DNA from: the human T2T-CHM13v2.0 reference genome, Homo sapiens
DNA length: 64,000 nucleotides
Strand: one strand, 5' to 3'
NCBI RefSeq assembly: GCF_009914755.1
Contig: NC_060925.1
Below, one piece after another: positions 35,400-54,657 of the stretch; position 1 is the first letter of the stretch, and each line of letters opens with the position of its first letter. The notes beneath the pieces were generated by a model that was given only the letters and a program-made list of their open reading frames with translations, ran no database searches and was not told where the DNA came from. Made by a program: the position numbers and the translations under genes.

Positions 35400-36440
35400 T
35401 TTTTTACTGTGGTAAAATATAGATAACCTAAAATTTATCATTTTAAGTACAGAATGCAGTGGCATTAACATTACTCTACAACCATCACCGCTATCCATTT
35501 TAGGCTTTTTCATCTTCCCAAACTGAAACTCTGTACCCATTTAACAATAATTCCATATCCCACCCTCTCGCAGCCTGTGGCAACCACCGTTCTGCTTTCT
35601 GTGTCTATGAGTTTCATTATCTTAGGTGCCTCATATATCAATGGAAGAGTACAATATTTGTCCTTCCTGTGCTTGCTTGGGCAGCACATATACTAAAATT
35701 GGAACGCTACAGAGATTAGCATGGCCCCTGCACGAGGATGACATGCAAATTTGTGAAGCATTCCATTTTTAAAATACAAACAAACAATATTTGTCTTGTG
35801 TCTGGTTTATTTCACGTAGCGTAATGTTCTCAGGGTTCATCCATCTTGTTGCATGCGTCAGAATTTTATTCCTTTTTTGAATAATATTCCATTGTATTTA
35901 TATCCCACATTTTGTTCATCCATCTGTGTATTGATGGACATTTGGGTTGTTTTCATCTTCTGACTGTTGTGAATAATGCTGCTATGAATACTGGTGTATA
36001 GATATCTGTTCCAGTCTCTGCTTTTAATTCTTTTGGGTGCATATCCAGGAGTGGAATTGCTGGATCATGTGGTAGTTCTGTGTTTGATATTTGAGGAACC
36101 ACTGTACTGTTTTCCACAGCGGCTGCGCCATGCTGCATTCCCACCAGCAATGCCCAGAGATTCTGTTTTCTCCACATCTTTGCCAGCACTTGTCATTTCT
36201 GTTGGTTTTTTGGAGGGGGGTGTTGTTGTTATTGTTGTTTCTCTAATAACCATCCTACTGGGTGTGAAATGGTATCTCACTGGGGCTTTGATTTGCATTT
36301 TCCTAATGATTAGTAATATTGAACATCTTTTCATGTACTTATTGGCCATTTGTACATCTTCTTTGGAGAAGTGTCTAGTCTTTGCCCATTTTTAAACCAG
36401 GTTGTTTTATTTTGTTGGTTTTTGAGTTGTAGGATATGTG
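35400..36440 (-). mobile_element. L1MB-type 3' region interrupted by U6
   Basis: GGACATTTGGGTTGTTTTCA, GTGAAATGGTATCTCACTG, TTGGCCATTTGTACATCTTCTTTGGAGAA. Confidence 0.85.
35669..35770 (+). pseudogene. U6 snRNA processed pseudogene, near full length
   Basis: GTGCTTGCTTGGGCAGCACATATACTAAAATTGGAACG...GAAGCATTCCATTTTT aligns to U6. It has an A-rich tail and TSD ACAATATTTGTC (35651-62 / 35784-95) and is inserted in an L1M. Confidence 0.95.
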
Positions 36441-36528
36441 TTTATTTTTAACGTGAATGGTATGATACTATATAAACCATTCTGCACTCTGCTTTTTTTA
36501 CTTATCAATATATCTTGACTATTTATTA

Positions 36529-37516
<988 letters not shown>

Positions 37517-38330
37517 TAGAACATCTTTCATATCTCTTAAAACTGTTTGTATTTCCTTTTGTTTGACCTGACAGTTTATGATTTTTCCCCATTTCTTCCC
37601 ACTGAATTATTGATCTTTTTCTATATGAAAGGTCTCAGCCTTAGTCATGATGTGTCTGTCATCTATCTTTTCACTCTACTTTTACTTTCTGGCATGCAGA
37701 TTTTTTTTTTTAATTTAGTCAAATTACACACCTTTGGAGTATGGATTTAATTTTTGGAAACAAACGAATGTCATTTCGAGTAGTTTTAGTAGAATAAATT
37801 TAGGTTCCCCTAAATAAAGCTAATTTGGTGGGGACAAAATACACCCACAAGGAGTGCCTCTAAGGTAAAGAAGATAATTTTTCCATGTAGCTGATAAATT
37901 TAATTTGAAAATGACTCTAATCTTATTCACAAACAAATCCAGTTTTTTTGTAATCTAATGGAATAAAAGTACACCACAAGTCCGTAGAGACAGTTGCTGG
38001 CTCTATCATGCATTTTCTATGTGTCACCCTCTTTTTATTTCATTTTCCTTATCTATAAAATTGAAATAAAAATGCCAGCACCACTTAAGCCACAAGAGTA
38101 TAAGAATATCAAATAAAAAATATCAACTTACTTTTTTTAACACTCCATTCTAATCAATTTCAGAACAGGTTGATACTCAAGAATTTGGTGAGCTAAAATG
38201 AGATGGGGCCCAATCCTGGAATAAAAGTGCCAATCTTTCCCCTTTCCCAAGCCACACCCATCTGTCCTGTTCCTATGCTTCAATGCCTTTACAGTGCGAC
38301 CTTATTTTTAGTATTCCAGACTATTCTGTG

Positions 38331-38689
38331 TGATATGGTTTCACTGTGTCCCCACCCAGATCTCATCTTGAATTGTCGCTGCCATTATCCCCACATGTTG
38401 TGGGAGGGACCCGGTAAGAGGTAATTGAATCATAGGGGCAGGTTTTTCCCATGCTGTTCTTGTGGTAGTGAATCAGATGATTTTATAAAGGGCAGCTCCC
38501 CTGCAGACGGTCTCTTTCCTGCCGCCATGTAAGATGTGCCTCTGCTCCTCCTTCGCCTTCCACCATGATTGTGAGGCCTCCCCAGCCACGTGGAACTGTG
38601 AATCCGTGAAGCCTCTTTTTCTTTATAAATTACCCAGTCTCGGGTATTTCTTCATAGCAGTATTAGTGGTATGAGAATGGACTAGTACA
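38331..38689 (+). mobile_element. THE1 (C/D-like) solo LTR
   Basis: TGATATGGTTT...GGACTAGTACA with 5-bp TSD CTGTG on both sides. Confidence 0.92.
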
Positions 38690-39299
38690 CTGTGTTTACT
38701 TTATACCTGCCCTATCTATAGGAGATTTTCCCTAATATTTTCTTAATCTTTAGACAAATTTTGCAGTCCAGCAGCACCAAGTATCCACTTGCTAATACAG
38801 TGAGTCTCTTTTTTCATTGCTTCCATCTTCAACTCAGTATAAGTCTCTGAGGCTCTTGGTATCCAATATTTATTTCTTTTACTGATAGGGAGACTTCAGC
38901 TTCGTTAGCAATTGGCAGGAACCTTGAGTGTACTAGGTCCTGTCTAAAATTCTGTAAGAAATAGTAACAATAACTTATTTGTAATGGATTAGAAATAACT
39001 TTTCCTAGGAGCACTGGAGGTACCATAAATATTACTTTTACTTCTTCACATATAGTGCTGTTTTGAAGAGATATTAAAATAACATTTCGCAATTCATGTT
39101 TATCAGGTAGTAGAAAGTGTGAGCAATGTGGAGAGATTGCATGGACAGTTCCCCCAAGACAGTTATTATCTGAGAAAGCTGGAAGCTACTCAGAGAGCTT
39201 TATAAAAACTGTTATCGATACTGGGTCTGCATTTGTGCAATGGAAAAACATGGAAGAGGAATGGGAATTGCTGGGTCCACACACCCCTCAATAAGAAAT

Positions 39300-39750
39300 G
39301 AATTGTAAAAACAGGTTTATTCATGCAGTGATTGTTCACATGTATGAATGAAGTGAATGATGAACTAAGACTACATGTGTAACTTGGATAAATCTCAAAA
39401 AACAACGTTGAATTTAAAAAATTACAAAAGGACGGAAACATAGTACCATATATATACACTTTAAATACACAAAATAATAGTAAATATTGTTTATGAATAC
39501 AAAGATATGCATGGAAATGATAAGGATTATCCTCAGAATAGTGGTGTGATTGCATCTGAAGATGAAAGGAGAAGGGATGAGGAGTGGAATGTTAGCTGTT
39601 TCTGCAATGCTTTCTTGTCAGGAAAAAAATTCTGAAGAAAATGTGGCAAGATGTTAACATCTGTTAAATCTTGGTATTGGCTGTCGTATTTTCTCCTGTA
39701 CTTTTCTCTGAAATACTGTACAACTACACATAAAAATAAATATTTTTAAA
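39300..39750 (+). mobile_element. L1ME-type 3' end
   Basis: GGATAAATCTCAAAAAACAACGTTGAA. Confidence 0.6.
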
Positions 39751-40554
39751 AGAGTGATTTATATCTTATCTCTTTACCATCTCACTTTGTAGTTGCTTTG
39801 TTAAAAATTGGTTTCTTATCATGGTCCTTTTGATGAACTGGGATTAAAGAAAAGAGTCAAAGAGAATTTTTTAAAGTCATTCCAAATTCTACTTCCTGAA
39901 ATAATAATTTTTAATGTTAGACTACTATTCTAGAGCTCTTTCTATCCCTGTGTAATAAAATAAATGGATAGAAGGGTGGGAAGTTAATGAGAAAGGAAGA
40001 AGGAGGAAAGGAAAGGAAGGAAAAAGATATTGAAGAAAAAATCTAGGATATAATCTTCATGTGGGAAGGACTTACTTTAATTTTACTTGACTGGGACAAA
40101 AGAAAAAAAATTAAGTTGAAGAAATTGTGGAATCTCAAATGTTTGTTAGCCATAAGAGACGATATTTATTTTAAGTTCAGAAAAGATTTTGAGAAAAACA
40201 TTAAGAGACTGTAGTCCTTGTGTGTTTTTTTAAACTATCTATTTCGAATATAAAAAGTGTCAGTTGATTCCTTGCTGTGAAAGATAAGGACATTAGCACT
40301 TCCAAAATTCTGTCTACATTTTCTCTCCCAACCCCCAATTTATCTTAGGTATATTTTTATTTTTACACTGACAAGGTAGAATGTTCATACTTTGTTTAGT
40401 ATTCACACATATTTTAGTAGTTTTGTATATTTGAATGAAATTACCACTAACCACATTTTCTCATTTTTTTCTCCATCCTTGAATTCTTTGATTTATTTTT
40501 GTGTGTTGATTCTCTTGTCAGTTTTTTTTTTTTTTTCAGGAAGTGCTCATGGAT

Positions 40555-40840
40555 GTTTTTGAGACTGGGTCTCCGTCTGTCACCCAGGCAGGAATGCAGT
40601 GGTGCCATCACGGCTAACTGCAGCCTCGACCTCCTGGGCTCACACGATCCTCCTGCCTCAGCCTCCTGAGTAGCTGGGACCACAGGTACACGCTACCACA
40701 CCCAGCTAAATTTTAGTTTTTGTAGAGACAGGGTCTCCCTATGTTGCCCAGGCTGGGCTTGAACTTCCGGGCTCAAGCAATCTGCCTGCTCAGCCTCCCA
40801 AAGTGTTGGGATTAGAGGCGTCAGCCACCATGCTGAGCCT
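40555..40840 (-). mobile_element. AluJ
   Basis: Alu consensus. Confidence 0.9.
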
Positions 40841-41777
40841 CTTTTATCTTTTACATGTTTTTTTTGTGCTTGAATACTTTTTACTTGAATGACATCTTAT
40901 AAATTTACACAATCATTTCTCATGGCTAAGAAGTGTTCCAATGTGTAACTATACTAGAATTTAACATATTTCCTAATTTTAGAAATGTAGGTTGTTTGTA
41001 ATATGATGCTGCTGTAATTGTGACTGGGCTAGAATTATTAGTGTGGAACTTTTCAAAGATCTTATTTCTCTCCTGCACTGCCAAAAAATAAACCCTGGAT
41101 GCCCAATTTATTTTATCTTTACCTTTTCTTAAAGAGGAATATTTTTTTTCTTGTTGGGAGAAGAGATATGTCAATCATTATAGTTACGTTCTGAGAGTGG
41201 GATGGTGTGCAGGATAAAGAAGAAACCCACTCTGACCGAGACTGGAAGAGGAGTTTGTTAAAGATGTGGGGGAAGTAAGATTTGAGAGAGAGGAGTGGAA
41301 CTTGAGCAGTTACAGAATATGAAGGAGCAATCAGGAAAGGGGATTACAGCTTAAAAGTTTTTGAATAGATAATATGTTCACATGTTTAAATCCAAAGAGA
41401 ATAAAATTCAAAGAAAAGTCCCTGTAACTCTTTTCCACCAGTCACCCAGTTCCCTCTAAAATATTGGCAACCAGAATACTAGTTTCTAGGGATCACTCCA
41501 GATTCTAGCCATACACAAGGAAATGCAGGTATATTATTTTCTTATACCCTGTTTTTACTGAAATGGTTACTTACTTTCATACTATGGTATGATTCCCATG
41601 GAGTGGGGTCATATCTGTGATGAAGCTTGCTTTTATGGCTTTTCTGTAGCGTTCGGGGATCTGGAATGGAGGTAGCTCTCCAGTTCAAGCTTAGGCTAAG
41701 TGGCATAAATGCCATAAGGGTTAATGTATTGGAGGACATCACAAAGGGCATGGGGTCGGTCCTAGATATCCCAGTAG

Positions 41778-42568
<791 letters not shown>

Positions 42569-43889
42569 TGATCAAGTGCAAATTTTGCTGTATGATTTCA
42601 AAAGTGGGGAGCCAGAGGCTGTCTGAGGATTGGTGGTTTCAGAGAGTGTACTTCCTGAGGCCTCTGGGTGTGTACCCTCTGTGGCTTCCAGATTCATTCG
42701 TCCTGCAGCCTCAACCTATTCTCCTTAACAGAGGAAATCTAATATTAGATTCACTCGAAAAGTGTGGAAGACTTAATGCAAATGCACCACAAAGAACAGC
42801 TCATGGTAGTTTCTTTATTAGCTTTGAAATATAGAATGGACACAAGCCAGAAAGTGTTACTGTGTATTCCTGTGGCCCCACACTTGTTTGGAAACGGGGC
42901 TCCTTTTTATCATTCTGTTGGTCATGCTCTGTCAGGTTGGATGGGACCAAATATTCTTTAAGTTTTCTCAGTTCGAGCAAGTTTCTTGTAAGGACGTATT
43001 TGGAAATAAGTATAAGTGATAGAAGGTGTTATAAGTAATCCAGAGAGGATTTAAAGTATATGGAAGGATGTGCTTAGGTTATATGCAAATACTATGCCAT
43101 TTAATACAAGGAATTCATTTGTATAAGGAATAGCAAAAAGTCCCCTCAGCAGCATTCCAGCCTCTCAGTGTACTGGAAGGACATTTATTGCCATTAGGGT
43201 AACACAGGGGCTCTCGTATTTCAAGTCACTCTGGTGACTCCACATCACCTGGTAATCTAACATGCTGGTGATTCTACTCACCTGCTTTTATTTCTTCTTT
43301 TCCAGATTCTTCCTATTTTGCTCCCGACTGATTTGATCCTGCTGTGTGTCTCCTACTCCTTTGCGTCTACCTCCTCATGGGTTCAGATGCTTTGTGATTC
43401 TGCACCTGCCTTCTCTCTCTGTGCCGTTCCTCTTCCATCTCTCTTCCATCTGTATGTCTTGCTTTAAAACTCCCAAGGAAAAAAGAAGAAAAGTCGGCTT
43501 TGGTCATTTGTCAATATTCAGTAGTGTGTGCCTTTGTTGAGCAGAGCTCAACTGCATCAGCCCCTCTCTTGCACACCTATAGAGGGACGCCTTATTTTGG
43601 TTAAGTAGCCATCTCTGGTTCAAGTATCTGTGCCTAGGGAGGCAGGTCCAATGGTACAAAGCATAGCAACCTATACATTCAGAAACTCTGGGGAGGGAAG
43701 TGTGGATTTGGCAGAGACCTTACTGCTCATCTGATATAGTTACCCCAAATCCTAATGAGGTTGTTTGAGCCTAGTGTTAGGCCATTCCAACACAGTTTCT
43801 AGGCCAACAGTTGGAACTCTGTGGTAAACTCACCGGTTTATTACCATCCCCCTCCCTGGTAGTGCTAGTGATTCATGTCATGGTGGTCG

Positions 43890-44330
43890 GCTGTGGTGGA
43901 GATTGCATAGTCTAATTCTGTTTCCTCTCCTCCTGAGCACATAGCTATACTGTAATTCCCAGATTCTCTTGCAGATAGAGGGGAGCTGGGAATTATGGTC
44001 TAGCTAGACCATGTGACCTAGTTTTTACCAATGAAATGTGGATGGAGGTAATGGGTGCTACTTCTAGGCCCGGTCCATGGAAACCTCCCACGTGGGAGGT
44101 GCTTTTCCCTTTACAGCTTGATATATACAGTATAGTGACATTGGAAGCCATATGTTGAAAATTATGGAACCACAAGATGGAAGGAGCTGGGTCCCTGAAT
44201 GAGTTGTCGGAGGAAAGCCATCCACCGATCAGGAAAATCCATTTTGGATTTTATGTGAGCCGTCTCCATGACTATTGTGTTAAGCCACTGGAGGCTGGAG
44301 TTTGTTACAGCAGTGGCTGTTATCCTCACA
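43890..44330 (+). mobile_element. MLT1I/J-like MaLR LTR
   Basis: CCATGTGACCTAGTTTTTACCAATG, CACAAGATGGAAGGAGCTGGGTCCCTGAATGA, GTGTTAAGCCACTG. Confidence 0.75.
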
Positions 44331-45524
44331 TAGTGGCATTATTGATTTTGCTCCACAGGGACCCAAGGAAGGCTTTGGGCTCCTTAGGTATCTTGGTGAG
44401 CACTGTCCCAGGCGGAAGTTGGTTAACAGGATGGCCCCCTTCAGGGAGGGCTGATGGGGTATGGGAGAGCGACCATCGCTTTGCTACTCCTGATAAGCAT
44501 GACATAAAGAATGTCTCTCTTTAAGCCTTCCTCCCCGAATCCCAAGCTGTGGATATCAATACATTTGTATAGATTCATGCGAGAGTTCCAGAGTATTCTG
44601 AAACTGCCTCTGAATTTATTTGCAGAAAGGTAGGGGTTAGTAACTAGTGATACCACTTTATGCACAGAGCAAGTAAACTCCATCTTTACCATGGCCAACT
44701 GTAGCAATAGAGTTCAGTGTTTTCTATATCACAGATAGAAGAAGTAACAAAACTTCATCCATTTCATCTTCATATATAGTAAGGCGAGGTGTCTGAGAGG
44801 CAGGGGTGAGAAAGACAAGACTGGCATGCATGGTATTGAAATGGCTGTGAAAGGGAGAAGATTTGCTTATAGTAGCAGGGCCCAGGTAGCATGGGAATTC
44901 ATTACTTTTATCTTTAAAGGGGTTAGAAACAAGTGTTCAGAGGTGCCATGCAGTAATGAAACCAGTCCAGGAGCCAGGCTGTAAGTGCTGTAATTCAAGT
45001 AAGCTTTTGGTTAATTTAAAGGGATGGTAGTTACACCAGCTCCTAACCCATCGCCATCTTCTGTTTCATGTTTTTGATTACTGAGAAGTGACACTCAAAT
45101 GTTTATTTTTTCTTAAAACTACTGAGTACATTTTGTAACAGCTCCAGTTTCTACTGAGAGCTCATTTATGCCATATTTCCTTTGCTCACATAACTCTAAG
45201 AGTACTTCTGTTTTTTACTGAAAGCTTGTATTTCTGTCTCTGCTAAGTTATAAACTTACTGATGACAAAATGTATTTATTATTTGAGTTCTGTAACGCAT
45301 ACAACATTGCCTTTTTTCTATATACAGTGTGATAATATTAGCTGGGGGTATGTAACTAGTTGTGTGGTGTTATTAGGAAATGAATCTGTAAAGGTGGGCT
45401 GGGGCCATTCAGTGAATGATCTTGTCTGTTGCTCTAGGATCCTGGATTTCATTGTGTAAGCAATACAAATCCATAAATGCTGAGAAGGGATAAGATGAGA
45501 TTTGGGCTTTTAGAAAGAAAACCC

Positions 45525-45665
45525 TAGCCAGGTGTGGTGGTGCACGCCTGCTGTCCCAGCTACCCAGGAGGCTGAGACGGAAGATTGCTTGAGCTTGGGA
45601 GTTCGAGACCAGCCTGAGCAACATTTCAGGATTAAAAAAAAAAAAACAAAAACCCAAAAAAGAAA
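45525..45665 (+). mobile_element. FLAM monomer
   Basis: Monomeric Alu with A tail. Confidence 0.85.
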
Positions 45666-45911
45666 GCAAACTTTAGCTTTAGGATGGTAGATCCATTGGC
45701 GTGCGGACCAGAGCAGTAGTTCTTAATCCTGGGTGAGCTTCAGAGCGGCCTCACAGCACGGCTAGTCCGGTACTGCATGCGAAGGAGCAGCACAGAGCTG
45801 GCACACGGCGGGCTCTCCAACCCAACTGGACCTGGTGACCTTTATGAACCCGCAGCCCAAAGCCAGGCAGAATCAAGGAGGTCTCCACAGGTGCCGGTGT
45901 GGGTAGCTTAT

Positions 45912-46154
45912 GGGCCTTAGCCACACCCTGGCAAGTAACTATCCCTTTTCATAACAAAGCTTTCCTGGGCACTTACCCTGCCAACTGTATTCTGCCGAGT
46001 TCTCCTCTCCCGGAGGCAGTGAGCATGGAATGCCCTTGTCTACGTTGGGAAAAGGATATAAAGGATTATGGATGAAATACCTTCTCCCACAAACGCCTTC
46101 TATATAAAACAAAACCAAAAAATTTCCACCCACTAAAACCCCTGGCTAAGGCCC
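45912..46154. mobile_element. MITE-like element with 12-bp terminal inverted repeats
   Basis: GGGCCTTAGCCA (45912-23) / TGGCTAAGGCCC (46143-54). Confidence 0.5.
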
Positions 46155-46190
46155 TATGATTATCTTTCTCTTTACAGCTAAGAATCTTAA

Positions 46191-47331
<1,141 letters not shown>

Positions 47332-47734
47332 TCATTAAATGCCTATATAAAGAAAAATGAAAGCATGAAGAAAATGAACAGAACATCCAACTCAAAAAAG
47401 CTAGGGAAAATAGGTAAACTGAAAGAAAGCAGAAAGGAGAAATTAATGAAGATAAAAACAGAATTAATGGGGTTGGGAAACAGTGTAACAGTAGGAACCA
47501 ATAAATGAAAGTTTTTTTTTTTTTTTGCAAAAGTTTAATAGAAAGATAAATCACTAGCAGTGTCTTATTTGGGAAAGGACAAATGCAAGATAACTTGGGA
47601 GACAGAATGATTAAAACATAGGAAAATTTCAAATCTAATGAGAGTCATTTGTACAACTCTATACAAGTGAATTTGAACACCTAGCTAAAATGGTCAACTT
47701 TCTAGTAAAATACAATTTGCCAGAACCAGTCCTA

Positions 47735-49610
<1,876 letters not shown>

Positions 49611-49619
49611 AAAAATCAA

Positions 49620-51700
49620 TTGATGAAAAAGCAAAACAAACTGATCTCACAAAGATAGAAACTCTAAACACACCAATTTACATAGAATCATTAGGCAAGT
49701 TTTCAGAGTTCTCTCACCAAAAGGCTTCAATCCAGATAGTTTCACAGGATAATTCTATCAAAGAAGAACATTTTAGCTCTAGTGCTACTTCATCTCTTTC
49801 AGAGAATACAAAGTAAGTATAATGTTGACACCAAAAACTTAAAAAAGACTGCATTAAAAAATCTTACAAAACAATCTTATGAATATCTGTACAAAAATTG
49901 TAGATAAAATGTTAGCAACAAAATTCAGTGGCACACATAAGCAAATGGAGTTTATTCCAGAAATGTAAAAATAGTTCTGTGTTGGGAAGTTTATTAATGT
50001 AATTCATCATATAAACAGATCTGTGAAGAAAAATCATAGGATCATCTCTATAGAGGCATTTGACAGAATTCACACATTCATAATTTTGAAGACTCGATAA
50101 AGTAGAAATTAAGGACATGATTTCTTAGCATAAAATATGTGTGTTTCAGCCCAAAATCTAGTTTCTTACTTAATAAAGAAGGCACAAACAGCATTTTCAT
50201 TAATGTCAGGAATAAGATAAAGATATCCGCATTTGCTGTTATTATTTAGTATTGACTAGAGGTATTAAGCAATATAATTATATAGGTGATAACAGACACG
50301 TAAGTATTTGACGTTAAATGGTAGAAGGTAGAAAAGATAGAAGAAAGAACTATCTTTATTCACAGATATATGATTAAATATCTGGAAACCTCAAGAAAAT
50401 AAATGGAAAAACTACAAAGAAAAATAATATTTGCTAAAGTATAGTAGGGAATAAAATTAATACATAGAAATCAAGAGCGTTCACCTATACAAACAATGCC
50501 CAGTTGGATGATATAATGGAAAATAAGACTCATTTACAATAGCAACAAAAAAGCTAAAATTTATAGACAAAAATATAACAAAAACCATATAAATGCTACA
50601 TAATTCAGATAACTTGAAATATATAAAAATAGATGAACAAATAGACATACCATGTTGTTGGATAAGAGGACTTGAAATTATAAAGATGCCAAATAATTCT
50701 AAATTAACTTATTAAGTTAACACAGTCTCAATTAAAATATCACCAGATCTTTTCTGGACCTAGATAAGTGAATTTTAATTTTCATATGAGAAATAAGTTA
50801 GCAAGAATAGGCAAGAAAACTCTGATAAAGAGTAAGGTGGCCCAGCGTGGTGGCTCACGCCTGTAATCCCAGCACTTTGGGAGGCCGAGGCAAGCAGATC
50901 ACGAGGTCAGGAGATCGAGACCACCCTGGCTAACATGGTGAAACCTTGTCTCTACGAAAAATACAAAAAATTAGCTGGGCATGGTGGCAGGCGCCTGTAG
51001 TCCCAGCTACTCAGGAGGCTGAGGCAGGAGAAAGGCATGAACCTGGGAGGCGGAGCTTGCAGTGAGCTGAGACTGTGCCACTGCACTCCAGCCTGGGTGA
51101 CAGAGTGAGACTCCGTCTCAAAAAAAAAAGTAGGGTGGTGAGTTTAGCTTTGTTTGATATTAAAACATACTACAAATCCTCTATTGTTAAAACAGTATGG
51201 CATAATGGATCAATGAAATAGAAAATCCAGAAATTGTTCCAAGTGCATATGGAAAGTTAATATAGGATATAAATAGCATCTCTGATGTGTGAGGAAAACA
51301 TAGATTTAACTGGATAGCTATTTAGAAAAATATAAAATTGGGTCTGTACTTCATGCTGTATAGTAAGATAAAGTTTGTGTGCAACAAGTATCTAGGTTTA
51401 AAACAAAACCTTGTTAAGTATTTAAAAATATGAATGAATTCCATTATAAACTTGGAGTAGGAAAAATAACTCAAAACAAAAGCCAGAAGTAGAAAGATTT
51501 TAAAATTTAATAAAATTTTACATAATAAAATTTCAAGCCAAAAAAGAATTATAAAATCAAGAGATAAATAACACCTTGAGAAAAATCTTACATTGTAAAT
51601 GGCTAATATCCCTGATATTGTGTAAAAGTGGTAACTCTTTTAAAAATATTTGATTAACCAGAAATTTCCATTTCTTGACCACAGAGAAAAAAGGAATCTA
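49620..51700 (+). mobile_element. Highly decayed older L1M ORF2 region containing AluY-like(+) 50839-51129
   Basis: A-rich ORF2-like motifs CATTTACAATAGCAACAAAA and ATACCATGTTGTTGGATA. Confidence 0.65.
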
Positions 51701-51859
51701 GTATGCCATTATTTTGAAATTTAATCTTTTCAGTGCACCCCCTTATTTACTGCATTATTCACAATAGCCAATATAGGGAATTAACCTAAGTGTCCAAACG
51801 AATGAATGGATAAGGAAAATGTGATATGTTTACACAGTGAAATACTATCCAGTATTTTA

Positions 51860-51949
51860 AAAAACATTTTATTTTGAAATAATTTTAGAGTTATATAAAT
51901 GCAAAAACATAGTACCCAGGATGGGCAACATAATGAAACCTTGTCTCTA

Positions 51950-51983
<34 letters not shown>

Positions 51984-52760
51984 CCAAGTGTGGTGGCACA
52001 GTGCTTCCAGCTGCTCAGGAGGTTGAGGTGGTTGGATTGCTTGAACCCAGGAGCTCGAGGCTGCGGTGAGCTATGATGGCATCACTGCACTTCAGAGTGC
52101 AACAGAGTGAGACGCTGCCTCTTAAAAAAAAAAAAAAAGAGTTTGTGTATCCTTCACCCCATTCACATCTTACATAACTACACTACAATGATCAAAACCA
52201 ATAAATTAACGTTGGTTCAGTACCATCAACTGAACTAGAGATGTACTGGAGTTTCACCAATTTCCCACGAATTCCCTCCTCTCTCCCAGGATCCGTGCAG
52301 AACGCTGTCCTGCGCTGTTGTCTTGTCTCTTTAGCCCTCCAGTCTGTGACAGTTCCTCTTTCATCACCTTGATACTTTTGAAAAATCCTGCTGAATTCTT
52401 TTTTAGAATGTCCCTCAGTTTGGGTTTGCCAGATATTTTCCTGTGATTAGATTGAGCCAGTATATTTTTGGCGAGAATACTACACACAAGTGAGTTTGTG
52501 CCCTTCTCAGAGCATCATGTCAGGGAATACATGATGTTGCTCTGCTTTAGTACTGATGATGTTAACCTTAATTGCTTGCTTAAGATAGTGTCTGCCAGGT
52601 TTCCCCACAGCAAAGTTATGAATTTTCCTTTTGTATTTGGTAAATACCTTGGAGGAGATACTTTAAGACTGTGCAAATATTGATTCCCCTCAAACTCTGG
52701 CCCACAAGTAGCATCCGTTGGTCAATCTTGCCTGTGAATGTTATTACTGTGGTTTTTGCC
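51860..52760 (-). mobile_element. L1MC 3' fragment containing truncated AluJ(+) 51915-52140
   Basis: TAGAATGTCCCTCAGTTTGGGTTTG, GATAGTGTCTGCCAGGTTTC. Confidence 0.7.
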
Positions 52761-53079
52761 AAGCGGCGTTTTGGTGTTATTTTTAAAAAGGAAATTCCAG
52801 GACAGTGGGCTTGTTCTCATTTTGTTGGGCAGTCGGCAGCCATTGGGCAATGTGGAATTTAGAATTACTTAGGCCTTTCCCAACACAGAAAAATGCCATA
52901 GTCTATTAATTCAGTAAACATTTATGGAACCCTTGTTATGACCAAGGCCTCTTGGTGAAATATGCAGACAGCATAGGATCTGGTCTGCACCTGAGTCTTT
53001 TTCTCTGCCACTACTTTTCACCTTGAATCACACTCGCCATCAAGATTTGTTCTAAGATGTTATTGCAAAAAGTGCTGAG

Positions 53080-54200
<1,121 letters not shown>

Positions 54201-54220
54201 GTAAGATGTCATTATTGTTA

Positions 54221-54657
54221 TTGTTATGGGCTGAATTACGTCCCCTCCAAATTCGTGTTTTAAAGTCTTAACCTCCAGTATACCTCAGAATGAAACCTTA
54301 GTTGGAGATAAGGTCTTTAAAGAGGTGATTAAGTTAAAAAGCCCAAACAAAAGGGAGGTGATTAAGTTAAAATGAGGCCATTGGGGTGGGCCCTAATCCA
54401 ATCTGACTTGTGTCCTCCTAAGAAGAGGAAGTTTGGACACCCAGAGAGACAGTGGGATGCTCGCGCACAGAGGGGTGACCAGGTGAGGGCACAGGGAGAA
54501 AAAGTGGCGCCTACATATTGAGGAAGGCCCCAGAAGCAGCCGACCTGCTGACACCTTTATCTGGGACCTCTGGCCTCCGGAACCGAGAAAATCAATTTCT
54601 GTGGTTTAAGTCACACAGTCTATGGTAATTTGTTATGGCAGCCCTAGCAAACTGATA
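54221..54657 (+). mobile_element. MLT1A/B solo LTR
   Basis: TGTTATGGGCTGAATT...TTTGTTATGGCAGCCCTAGCAAACTGATA. Confidence 0.85.

Noticed and set aside
35669-35770. Functional U6 gene
   Set aside because: Substitutions, a deletion near the ACAGAGA box, a TSD with A tail, and L1 sequence in place of a Pol III promoter.
35953-36395. ORFs resembling L1 ORF2 C-terminus ([24 protein letters not shown])
   Set aside because: Frameshifted, stop-riddled fossil L1, not a functional gene.
43280-43310. Strong-looking 3' splice site TTTCTTCTTTTCCAG
   Set aside because: No convincing paired donor or EFCAB2-compatible frame; such pseudo-sites are common in long introns.
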